This document shows, one piece after another, positions 49,324-58,215 of a stretch of DNA of 64,000 bases. The DNA is from Geopsychrobacteraceae bacterium. Lineage in GTDB: Bacteria; Desulfobacterota; Desulfuromonadia; Desulfuromonadales; Geopsychrobacteraceae. The stretch lies in assembly GCA_963662315.1 (NCBI GenBank), contig OY759353.1, positions 992,001 to 1,056,000 of the forward strand, given 5' to 3'. How positions within the stretch are numbered: the stretch's first letter is position 1; the number at the start of each line of letters is the position of its first letter. Made by a program: the position numbers and the translations under genes. The notes below the pieces were generated by a model that saw only the letters and a program-made list of their open reading frames with translations, did not search any database and was not told the origin of the DNA.

Positions 49324-50556
49324 TCGGATAGCCGGGGGTTTTGCTCCCCCAGCCCCCACACCACCCGGCATGCGGGTCGCTACCCAAGCGCTTCGATGAA
49401 ACTACCGGGCCGTAGCCGGGTCATGTCGCTTCACCCACAGGTCTTTGACAGAAACTAAACCCTGATCCTTCAGCCATTGGTTGGTCAAGCCGGAATGTGC
49501 CGCCAGTCTGCGGGACATGGCCCATGGACCGTTGCGGTTCAGACCGGCCCGAATGGCGGTAAACCGTTCGGTTCCAAGAGCTAGCAGCTTCCGAACCTTG
49601 GTCCAGCACCAGCGCCATTGTTTCCAGTAGCACAGCCGCACTCGCCGACGAATCCAGCCGTCGACCTCCGGGATATCGTGGTAACCCTCGGCGATGCCGA
49701 AGTACCCCATCCAGCTCCGGATATAGGTGGACAGCTTGGCGAGACGATAGTCCATGGTAACAAACAAGCTGCGTCTGTTTTGCGGTTCTGGCCATCAGGC
49801 GCGCATTGCGCCGTCGGCCGGCTGGTCAGATGCTGGATGTTCCTTTGGAGAGACAAAGCCCGAATCCGGACCCTTTAAAAAAGGGCGTTTTGTGCTTACT
49901 ATTTGTCGCCCGCCTGGGACAAATAGTAAGGCGTCGTGCGGGACGCAATCCCGCGACCTTGCTGTTTTATTTTAATCATAAAAGATAAAACCGGCGGGTC
50001 CCGGCCCGCCAGCCGGATTCATTTTTTCCAGCGATGAAAAAACGAATCAAAAAAATCTTTGAAGGTCAAACACACTGACGAGAATAGATTCGATCAACGT
50101 TTCATCGTTGCTACCAGTAGTTAACAAACCGCCCAACGATGCTGTCGCATCCATGGGCAGAACCGAATTGGTGTGAACACATAAAATTGCGGTTCTGGCC
50201 ATTAGGCGCGCATTGCGCCGTCGGCCGGCTGGTTAGATGCTGGAGGTTCCTTTGGAGAGACGAAGCCCGAGTACGGACCCTTTAAAGAAGGGCGTTTTGT
50301 GCTTATTATTTGTCGCCCGCTTGGGACAAATAGTAAGGCGTCGTGCGGGGCGCAATACCGCGACCTTGCTTGTTTTATTTATATACTGTTTCTGTTCGTC
50401 GGCTCACAGCTTTGCACTCGGGCTTCCTCCAGACTTCTCCTCACGGAGACGCCCTTGCCGTCGGCTAGTACTTTAATGACATCACATAGTTGTGATGCTA
50501 GGATTCTACGTACAGGAGACTTACACCCCATAAGATCACGCCCATGCCGGGCGTAC
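49323..50556 (-). mobile_element. Group IIC-attC intron shell 3, with a further internal deletion near 50380
   Basis: Same ends and same maturase-repeat junction as shell 2; splits TTATA|AC. Confidence 0.88.
49402..49756 (-). pseudogene. C-terminal maturase fragment, copy 2
   Basis: Near-identical to 47065-47410 with a 3-aa insertion (HDI). Confidence 0.88.
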
Positions 50557-50614
50557 ACAAATCATTTCACTGGATTTCGCAAACAGCGCGAAACCAGTGA
50601 ATTCCACGTTAGGC
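50557..50614 (+). other. attC site 3
   Basis: AC-AAATC-ATTTCACTGGATTTCGC...GCGAAACCAGTGAAT-TCCAC-GTTAGGC. Confidence 0.88.
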
Positions 50615-50629
50615 GTAAAAAGAATCAAT

Positions 50630-51052
50630 ATGAGCCCTAATTCCAAATTTCAAAATAAAGAAATTATTGAAAATGGTAACATTACCTCAGTAATGAATAA
50701 CACGAGGTGGAATTCACTTTTTTCTGACCTTTCAAACGTAACAGAAATGATTACCTACAAAGTACGTTACGTCGACGGTTCAACATGGCCGGAAGAGTTT
50801 TCAGGACATGAATACACGTCGGAAATTGAACAAATTTGGGGCAACTTTATAGCCTTCGAATGGGTAGACATAAAAACAAAAATTGAAAAACCAAAAGGTG
50901 CTCTACTCCCCCCTGAAATATTAGATGTAACAGAAAAAATAATTGAAATTTGCCTTCGAAATAAATGCAAAATATCCGTTCACGAAAAAGGGGTTATTGT
51001 ATGGGGGTATTCTCACCAGGGGCAAATACCGGCGTCACAAAAAAACGCCTAA
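50630..51052 (+). CDS. Gene cassette: DUF6678-like hypothetical protein
   Basis: SVMNNTRW...EWVDI...VWGY; bounded by GTTAGGC and GCCTAAC (51047-51053). Confidence 0.7.
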   Translation: MSPNSKFQNKEIIENGNITSVMNNTRWNSLFSDLSNVTEMITYKVRYVDGSTWPEEFSGHEYTSEIEQIWGNFIAFEWVDIKTKIEKPKGALLPPEILDVTEKIIEICLRNKCKISVHEKGVIVWGYSHQGQIPASQKNA

Positions 51053-51639
51053 CACTTATCAGGCCCCCGGCCGTCAAGGGTAAAGAATAGCGTTAACGCA
51101 AAAGATTCACCTTTTCGTTCTTTGACAAGCGACTGATCTACTAAACAGCCATCCGGTTTTTGACTTGGGCTTTCACACGGGCTGTAGTGACGATACTGCT
51201 CCCAAACACTTATCGAGGCTCTTTACACGGGGCCCGGACCTTTGGTTGCATCCTATTGCCCTGCCACCTGGAAACACGTACGAACCCTGATGCTGTTCCA
51301 GTCAATAGTAGTGGGCTTTATCTATTGTGCCGATGATCCCAGTTCGTTACGGAATCGGGTCAAGGAGCTTCAGCTGACGACAAGACCATCACGGTAAGGC
51401 TTGATCAGTCGCAAGAAAGATTTTGGTTTGATCGGGATGTTATTATGAACAACAATGTCACCGACTGAATTCAGAATGCAGACATACATGGCATCGGCAT
51501 GCAGATCGATACCACAGTAAAACTGATGCTGTTTCGTGTAAAATCTCATGGTGCAGGCTCCTTTCTTTGAGGGTTAGGTATATTCTCAAAGGATAGCGGA
51601 TGGTCCGCTATCTATGGAGGGGGCCTGCACTAGTATCAA
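51053..51639 (-). mobile_element. Internally deleted IS110-family (IS1111-type, attC-targeting) element
   Basis: Truncated transposase 51370-51549 (MRFYTKQHQFYCGIDLHADAMYVCILNS); subterminal IRs CAGGCCCCC/GGGGGCCTG; AA core on both sides; inserted in GCCTAA|C. Confidence 0.85.
51070..51369 (-). ncRNA. Candidate seekRNA/bridge RNA region of the IS1111-type element
   Basis: Non-coding region downstream of tnp; contains matches to both element ends (51192-51197, 51205-51214). Confidence 0.55.
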
Positions 51640-51666
51640 CTAACAAAACGAGAGGAACGACCTACT

Positions 51667-52011
51667 TTGAAAAAAACACTACTAGCACTTCTTTTACTCC
51701 TGTGTAGTTGCGTCAATTCAAACATTGGCTATCTATCTTTTATAGCTACAAACGATATGACGCTTGAAGATTTTTCCAATTATCAAAAAACGGACATAGA
51801 AGTCACTGGAATTGATAAAGAACACATTTTCATTTTCTTTCCTACCGGACTTCCGGAATTCGACAAAGTCGTAAATGACGCTATTTCGAAAAATCCTGAA
51901 GCGGTTGCTCTTGCTGATGCTCAGATAAAGTATAAATATTGGTATATCCCGTACGTTTATGGGCAAGAATACTATGAAATTACAGGAAAATTGGTAACCA
52001 AGAAGCACTAA
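51667..52011 (+). CDS. Cassette-like small lipoprotein
   Basis: GAGAGG RBS, TTG start, lipobox-like LCSC; followed by a degenerate attC ending GTTGGGA (52111). Confidence 0.7.
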   Translation: MKKTLLALLLLLCSCVNSNIGYLSFIATNDMTLEDFSNYQKTDIEVTGIDKEHIFIFFPTGLPEFDKVVNDAISKNPEAVALADAQIKYKYWYIPYVYGQEYYEITGKLVTKKH

Positions 52012-52123
52012 TTTTTCAAACGAGATAATCACCCAAACAGGACTAAGTGATCCGACTTTCGCAAGGAGCCTACTTGACTGTAACCGCGCTTCGTCACCGG
52101 TTCTTTTACCGTTGGGAGCACAA

Positions 52124-52513
52124 GTGAAGATTAAAAATGTTAAAATCCATAGTATTTACTTAACTGTTATTGTTGCTCTCGTCGTAGCTCTTTTTGTGAC
52201 GAATATCCCAATTTTATTCCGGTGGTACCTTTATCGCGGTGGTATAGCGTATATGGAAATTAAACAGGACGTAGATATATCCAATCCAGAAACAGGCGAT
52301 ATTATTGGTAAACTTTATAGTGGAGCAATCCTCAAAGGACCATCATTTGAAGATTTAGATGATACCGATTTAGGGGATAATGATCGCTGGAAAATCCTAG
52401 TGGATGCAGACATCGTCAAAGGTGAAAATCGAAATTATATCGATTCCCAAAATACAGATAAACTAAAAGCCCCTTTCCGTTACAAATTGAAGGACACTGC
52501 ACAAACGTATTAA
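52124..52513 (+). CDS. Cassette-like membrane-anchored hypothetical protein
   Basis: GTG after GGGAG; one TM; followed by attC-like ...GCTTAAC-TTTATTC-GTTATGT. Confidence 0.65.
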   Translation: MKIKNVKIHSIYLTVIVALVVALFVTNIPILFRWYLYRGGIAYMEIKQDVDISNPETGDIIGKLYSGAILKGPSFEDLDDTDLGDNDRWKILVDADIVKGENRNYIDSQNTDKLKAPFRYKLKDTAQTY

Positions 52514-52605
52514 CCAGACGGAACGGTGCTAGGCAAATTTCGCAAGAGTTATCTCGTCAATAATAGAAACAGCGTGTCGTCGCTGCTTAACTTTATTCGT
52601 TATGT
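52508..52605 (+). other. Degenerate attC site
   Basis: TATTAAC...CTGCTTAAC-N7-GTTATGT; right arm resembles attC 1. Confidence 0.55.
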
Positions 52606-53378
52606 CAGGAAAAATTATGAATGGTGACGAACAATTTGTGATTGATCTGCTTAAAGATTTTAACCTGAATATTGAGAAGTTACCTAGGTCTGACGGAAAA
52701 TCCCCTGATTTTCTAGCTATTCACAACGGCAAAAGAATCTTAATCGAATTAAAAACTAAGTATGACTCAAGGAATTTCGTAGAAAGTATAGAAAGGGAAT
52801 TATCCTCTTCCGGAACATGTCTGAACATCAATATATTGCAGCGCTCAAACACAATGTCGGGAATTGTGAAAGAAGCATATGAACAGCTTAAAGAGAGTAA
52901 AAATAAATACAAAGCAGATGAATGTTATGTATTTTTACTTGCTTCTGAACCATATGCCCATGACAAATATGAACAGTTTTATCACACCCTTTATGGCTCG
53001 AAACTCATAATTCCTCTCGGCAACAATGCACCTACTGCGAGAGATTGTTTTTACTACGAATTTAGTGATTTTTTCAGGTACAGCGACATTATCGATGGTG
53101 CATTGATTTCAAATGGCTCAAAAATGAAATGTTGCTTGAATAATTTCTCCGAAGCTTACAAGTCAATAAAAGATAACGTTTTTGTAGATATTTTCAAAGG
53201 GCAAGTTGTAGACCCTGTTCTGCTTGAAAAAGAAGGAAAAGCGTATTTACTAGACAGCAACATAGATCGAAGAGACACAGAAAATTTGAATAATTATTTA
53301 ATAAAAAAATATGGCCTTGAAAAATTAACTCAAGCGAGCTTCCCAAGTTACACTATTATATCAAAAACAGACCTGTAG
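52602..53378 (+). CDS. Gene cassette: PD-(D/E)XK-like nuclease-fold protein
   Basis: KSPDFLA...ILIELKTK...AYEQL; bounded by GTTATGT and ACATAAC (53387-53393). Confidence 0.72.
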   Translation: MSGKIMNGDEQFVIDLLKDFNLNIEKLPRSDGKSPDFLAIHNGKRILIELKTKYDSRNFVESIERELSSSGTCLNINILQRSNTMSGIVKEAYEQLKESKNKYKADECYVFLLASEPYAHDKYEQFYHTLYGSKLIIPLGNNAPTARDCFYYEFSDFFRYSDIIDGALISNGSKMKCCLNNFSEAYKSIKDNVFVDIFKGQVVDPVLLEKEGKAYLLDSNIDRRDTENLNNYLIKKYGLEKLTQASFPSYTIISKTDL

Positions 53379-53392
53379 CAGTCTTGACATAA

Positions 53393-53560
53393 CACTTATC
53401 AGGCCCCGGCCAAGAATAGCGTTAACGCAAAAGATTCACCTTTTCGTTCTTTAACAAGCGACTGATCTACTGTGCAACCATCCGGTTTCTGACTTGGGCT
53501 TTCAAACGGGCTGCAGTCACGATCCTGCTCTCAAAAACATATCCAGGATCGGACCAAGCT
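53393..53560 (-). mobile_element. Second remnant of the IS1111-type element (non-coding end only)
   Basis: ACATAA|CACTTATCAGGCCCC...; homologous to 51053-51250; same position in R''. Confidence 0.8.
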
Positions 53561-54388
53561 AACATAATGAAATTAGAAAATAAAATTGTAAATTTTGGTT
53601 CTAATTTTAAACTTAGAGTCCTTCTGTTGAAGCTAAAATCGCATTTATAGCGCTACCAGTCAAAACCGCCGGGTCGCGGTAAGAGCACAGACAGCTCACG
53701 ATGCTACGCTTCTAACGGGCAAGCGACATTTGTTGATACTTGTCATCAAAATGCCAAAGGCATTTTTGCGGTTCTGGCCATCAGGCGCGCATTGCGCCGT
53801 CGGCCGGCTGGTCAGATACTGGTTGTCTCCTCGGAGAAACGAAGCCCGAGTACGGACCCTTTAAAGAAGGGCGTTTTGTGCTTACTATTTGTCGCCCGCC
53901 TGGGACAAATAGTAAGGCGTCGTGCGGGGCGCAATCCCGCAACCTTGCTTGTTTCATATCAATCATAAAAGACGAAACCGGCGGGTCCCGACCCGCCAGC
54001 CGGATTCATTTTTTCCAGCGATGAAAAAACGAATCAAAAAAATCTTTGAAAGTCAAACACACTGACGATAATTGATTCGGCCTACGTTTCATCGTTGCCA
54101 CCAGCAGTGAACAAACCGCCCAACGATGCTGCCGCATCCATGGGCAGAACCGAATTGGAGTGGCCAAGGACCAATGCAAATGCCAATGGTATTATTGCGG
54201 TTCTAGCCATCAAGCACACACAGAGGTAGCCCCAGTTGACTGAACAGGTCAGGATCGGTTGACGGTCAAGCACATGGGATTCCGTTTATTTTCATCGTTC
54301 GACCGTTCGGCTAGCTTGTCGTTCTGCGCTGACTGCAAAAGAGCTTTTGACTTAATCGAACCGACAAAATGTAGAGAAGAGTGAAGTA

Positions 54389-54976
54389 ATGCACAATGTC
54401 ATAGAACAATCTGAACAAATCCAGAAGCAAGCATGGAAAGTCATTGATGAAACCGGTGTGATTAAACATTGGACGTCTATCGGAGCAACCATCAATTTGG
54501 TTGGTTCATTGAAAACAGGTTTACTCATTAAAAATAGAGATATAGATTTTCATATTTACACAAATCCCTTTAGTCTATGTGACAGTTTTCTGGCTGTATC
54601 TAAATTGGCCGAAAATAATCGAATTACAGAAATCAGTTACAAAAATTTAATCGAGGAAGAAGACAAATGTATTGAATGGCATGCGTCTTATGTAGATCTG
54701 CATGGTGTTAAATGGAACATCGATATGATACATATTCAAAATGAATCACAGTTTGCAGGCTATTTTGAAAATGTAGCCGATCGTATCTCTGCAGTTTTAA
54801 CAGATGAAACTCGCGAGGCAATTCTAAGAATTAAGAGTTCTATTCCGGAAGATAAAAAAGTCATGTCTATCCAAGTATATCAAGCTGTAATCAAGGATGG
54901 TGTTCGAGACATCGCAGAATTTTGGTTATGGAAAAAAGAAAATCTGAAAGAAGGCATAGTAACTTGGATTCCGTGA
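54389..54976 (+). CDS. Pol-beta-type nucleotidyltransferase-like protein
   Basis: LVGSLKTGLL...RDIDFH...WNID (GS, DxD, third D). Confidence 0.75.
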   Translation: MHNVIEQSEQIQKQAWKVIDETGVIKHWTSIGATINLVGSLKTGLLIKNRDIDFHIYTNPFSLCDSFLAVSKLAENNRITEISYKNLIEEEDKCIEWHASYVDLHGVKWNIDMIHIQNESQFAGYFENVADRISAVLTDETREAILRIKSSIPEDKKVMSIQVYQAVIKDGVRDIAEFWLWKKENLKEGIVTWIP

Positions 54977-55126
54977 CGGAATAAAGATAAAGCATTATAA
55001 GTTTGTCCTATCCCGCACAGAATCGGGTAGCCGAGGGAGGCCATTTCATCAAAATTTTTTACAGGCCCTGTGGGATAATTTTCTGAACAAAGTTTTTTAT
55101 TCTCTTGTCTGGCGCCAGAATTATAT

Positions 55127-55882
55127 ATGACTGAAACATTCACACTCATCATTATCTCAGCAACGTTCTTATTGGCTGGTAGCGTCAAAGGCGTTATCGG
55201 GCTGGGGCTTCCCACTGTTAGCCTGGGGCTTTTGGCGGCAACGCTTGATTTAACAACCGCTATGGCACTCCTGCTTATCCCTTCATTCATTACAAACATT
55301 TGGCAAGCGGCTGTTGGCGGTAATGCAAAAATTATATTTAAGCGTATCTGGCCTTTTTTATGTTTAGCAACAGTCACAATCTGGCTCGGCTCTAGTGCTT
55401 TGACAATCATAAATCCCCTATATTTATCGGCCCTACTCGGTTTTCTGCTGCTTGCTTATGCGTCCCTAAACCTTCTGGGCTTTCGACTTTCGATATCGTC
55501 ACCTTCCGAAAAATGGCTAGGCCCACTGCTGGGGACTGCAAATGGCATACTTACCGGCATGACAGGCTCATTCGTCGTCCCTGGCGTTATGTTTTTACAG
55601 GCAATCGGCCTTCCCAGAGACATGCTTGTGCAAGCAATGGGTATGCTGTTCTCTCTTTCTACGATTGGCCTCGCCTTTTCTCTCCAAAAGCACAATCTTC
55701 TGACGCCTGAACTTGCTTCTATTTCAGCATTTGCCGTCATACCATCGCTGATTGGAATGGTGCTTGGTCAAAAAATTAGAAAGTCTCTTTCGGAAAGTCG
55801 CTTCAAACGAATATTTTTTATTTCAATATTCGTTTTAGGTTTATTTATCATCGGCAAAGCCACATTCACTCTGACGCTTTGA
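55127..55882 (+). CDS. TauE/SafE (TSUP) family permease
   Basis: LAGSVKGVIGLG, GILTGMTG; about eight TM segments. Confidence 0.9.
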   Translation: MTETFTLIIISATFLLAGSVKGVIGLGLPTVSLGLLAATLDLTTAMALLLIPSFITNIWQAAVGGNAKIIFKRIWPFLCLATVTIWLGSSALTIINPLYLSALLGFLLLAYASLNLLGFRLSISSPSEKWLGPLLGTANGILTGMTGSFVVPGVMFLQAIGLPRDMLVQAMGMLFSLSTIGLAFSLQKHNLLTPELASISAFAVIPSLIGMVLGQKIRKSLSESRFKRIFFISIFVLGLFIIGKATFTLTL

Positions 55883-55987
55883 ATGCTGTTTTTCTGGTGT
55901 GTAAGTTTTTCCTACACTCACGCTAGTTACAAGAAAGGTAAACATTTACAGGAGGTTATGAATGAAGATTGAAAAGAAGGACAAACC

Positions 55988-56446
55988 GTGACAGATGAAA
56001 CAGCCAGACGAGAAGCCTCACAGGCATTCCCCTTCGAGGTAGATTTTGGAGAAGAACTTAAAGGAGCTTTTTTTCTGGAAGCCTCAGGGATGGACGACGA
56101 AGCCCCGGTCATTGAGTATCGCAGCGGTATTTCCCCCGTTTTCTCCACCATTAAAATGCCGGGAATCGCCAACTACAGAAATATAACCCTGAAATGGGGC
56201 AGAGTGACCAATTGCAGCGGTTTCTGGAAGTGGATAGGCGAGATCAAGATGAATACGGTCAAACGCCGAAATATATTAATCACACTGCGGGATATAGACA
56301 ACGGATCAGTGCGTAGACAATGGTTGCTGCATAACGCCTGGCCAACCAAAATCGTTCATACTGAGTTGCAAGCCGATGGACAAGCTGTCACGATCGAAAC
56401 GTTGGAATTAGCCTGTGAAAACTTGAGCATAAATATGAGTTCCTAA
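55988..56446 (+). CDS. Orphan phage tail tube protein (T4 gp19/Afp-like)
   Basis: F.EASG...VIEYRSG...KMPG...NITLKWG...W...RRNILITLRD...W.L.NAWPTK...IETLELACE. Confidence 0.88.
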   Translation: MTDETARREASQAFPFEVDFGEELKGAFFLEASGMDDEAPVIEYRSGISPVFSTIKMPGIANYRNITLKWGRVTNCSGFWKWIGEIKMNTVKRRNILITLRDIDNGSVRRQWLLHNAWPTKIVHTELQADGQAVTIETLELACENLSINMSS

Positions 56447-56557
56447 GTTACCCGGCGGCTTCGCCTGGTGGCTGATCGGCTAATGCAGCCACCCGCTATT
56501 TTGACTTAGGCTTTTTATCGGCTTGCAGTGACATTTTTATCCCCAAAAGGTGTACAG

Positions 56558-57004
56558 ATGAAAATATCCCGAATCACAATGGTCTCTCTGGGTGTAAATA
56601 ATTTAATTCAGGCAACTGAGTTTTACAGACAGGTATTGAATACCTCTCCCAACACATCATCAGAGGCTATAACCTTTGTTGAACTTCCTGGTGCATGGTT
56701 GTCACTTTACCCACTGGAGAAACTTGCCCAAGACATTTCTCCGGATGTCCCCATTACACGCAACGCGTTCAGCGGCATGACGCTGGCTTACAACGCCCGA
56801 AGCAAGGACGAAGTCGTTGCCATCATGAAACGTGTTAAGGAAGCTGGAGGCCAGATTGTCAAAGAAGCTCAAGACACCTTCTGGGGTGGTTTCAGTGGTT
56901 ATTTTTCTGATCTTGATGGTTATTATTGGGAAGTTGCCTGGGGACCAATGTTTGAATTTGACGCCAATGGAAATATGAAGCTGTCAGAGGGCTCTTCCGA
57001 TTGA
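56558..57004 (+). CDS. VOC/glyoxalase family protein
   Basis: ITMVSLGV, TLAYN, FWGGFSGYFSDLDGYYWEVAW. Confidence 0.9.
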   Translation: MKISRITMVSLGVNNLIQATEFYRQVLNTSPNTSSEAITFVELPGAWLSLYPLEKLAQDISPDVPITRNAFSGMTLAYNARSKDEVVAIMKRVKEAGGQIVKEAQDTFWGGFSGYFSDLDGYYWEVAWGPMFEFDANGNMKLSEGSSD

Positions 57005-57095
57005 CGAATGAAAATGGGATGATACATTCAAATTCTTGGCGCTGTAGTGGCTCCTCGTGGAAAGAGCTGATATTTAGATCGCGGGGTTTGGTTAT

Positions 57096-57668
57096 ATGAA
57101 ATTAATTGTCATAAGCGATATTTTTGGCCGAACTCTGCAACTGGTAGACCTTATTCGTGAGTTTTCTGATGTGTACTGCGAAACAGTCATCATCGATCCA
57201 TACGAAGGTTTATCGCGCCATTTCAAATCGGAAGAACAGGCATATCACCAATTTCAAAGAGAATCGGGACTGAAGAATCTGCTTGAAAAGGCGGCACAAG
57301 AAATTCGACGTTCAGACACTCAGGTCGACATTCTTGGCTTCAGCATAGGCGGAACCTGTGCATGGAACCTTGCGTCACAGGGTGATTACAAGCAGATCCG
57401 GCTATGTCTTTGTTTTTACGGATCTAGAATCAGGGATTACATAGAGTCCGTTCCTCAAGTCCGGACAACAATAATTTTCCCCCGTCTTGAAGCTGCTTTT
57501 GACATTGAGCCGGTGATTCGACAACTATCCAAGAAGAACAACACGGAAGTCATACAAACCCCGTACTTGCATGGTTTTATGAATAAAGCATCGAATAATT
57601 ATTCGGAAGCTGCGTATCAATATTTTATCCCATGGTTGCGCCATAAAGCCGTATCGACTTCCAGTTAA
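57096..57668 (+). CDS. Dienelactone hydrolase-family alpha/beta hydrolase
   Basis: SDIFG, GFSIGG, FYGSRIR, HGFMN. Confidence 0.85.
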   Translation: MKLIVISDIFGRTLQLVDLIREFSDVYCETVIIDPYEGLSRHFKSEEQAYHQFQRESGLKNLLEKAAQEIRRSDTQVDILGFSIGGTCAWNLASQGDYKQIRLCLCFYGSRIRDYIESVPQVRTTIIFPRLEAAFDIEPVIRQLSKKNNTEVIQTPYLHGFMNKASNNYSEAAYQYFIPWLRHKAVSTSS

Positions 57669-57781
57669 TATATGGCTGTCAATGTTACTATTATCGTATG
57701 CGCTGCCAGGAACAACATCTATACACAGAACCACAGTTTATCAATACAGCCTTTTGACCGACTTCATAAGGAGCTATAACC

Positions 57782-58186
57782 ATGAGTAAAAGATCAGGAT
57801 CATGCCTTTGCGGTGAGGTAACTTTTGAACTGGATGGCGACTTTGATCATTTTTACCTCTGCCACTGCAGCCTGTGCCGAAAAGATTCCGGCTCTGCCCA
57901 TGGCGCCAACCTTTTCTCATCTTCTGCGACGCTTACCTGGCTGTCCGGCGAAGAGAAGATAACGCATTTTACGCTGCCAGGAACCCGCCATCACAAATCT
58001 TTTTGCTCGCTTTGCGGATCTGCCCTGCCCAACATGCAGATGGATGGTAAATTGCTGGTCGTCCCTGCGGGATCCCTCGATTGTGATTTCGACATGCGCC
58101 CAACAGCCCATATTTTTGTTGCCAGCAAAGCGCATTGGGATAAAGATCTTGACGACATCCCTCAAATAGACACGTTTCCGTCATAG
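57782..58186 (+). CDS. GFA/CENP-V family protein
   Basis: GSCLCG, CHCSLCRK, FCSLCGS, HIFVASKAHW. Confidence 0.92.
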   Translation: MSKRSGSCLCGEVTFELDGDFDHFYLCHCSLCRKDSGSAHGANLFSSSATLTWLSGEEKITHFTLPGTRHHKSFCSLCGSALPNMQMDGKLLVVPAGSLDCDFDMRPTAHIFVASKAHWDKDLDDIPQIDTFPS

Positions 58187-58215
58187 GCCACAGCGTCAAA
58201 ACAACCGGATATCTA

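Larger units (their letters stand above)
45308..54210. repeat. Seven copies of a ~240-420 bp multi-hairpin repeat (about 45308, 45695, 47436, 47859, 49782, 50189, 53768)
   Basis: Shared CGGTTCTGGCCATYAGGCGCGCATTGCGCCG (truncated in the first copy), CTTACTATTTGTC-N10-GACAAATAGTAAG hairpin and, in the long copies, GATTCATTTTTT...AAAAAACGAATC. Confidence 0.9.

Noticed and set aside
47065..49767. Retron, DGR or functional RT system
   Set aside because: Only maturase C-terminal fragments are present, with no YADD/RT motifs and no TR/VR pair; the ends identify group IIC introns.
45128..50640. Many short ORFs inside the repeats and intron RNA (e.g. 45331-45528, 45708-46115, 47872-48072)
   Set aside because: They are translations of non-coding repeats whose frames differ between copies.
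45308..54210. CRISPR array
   Set aside because: Repeats are 240-420 bp without regular unique spacers, and there are no cas genes.
55900..56520. Prophage
   Set aside because: Only one tail-tube gene; no integrase, capsid, terminase or sheath.
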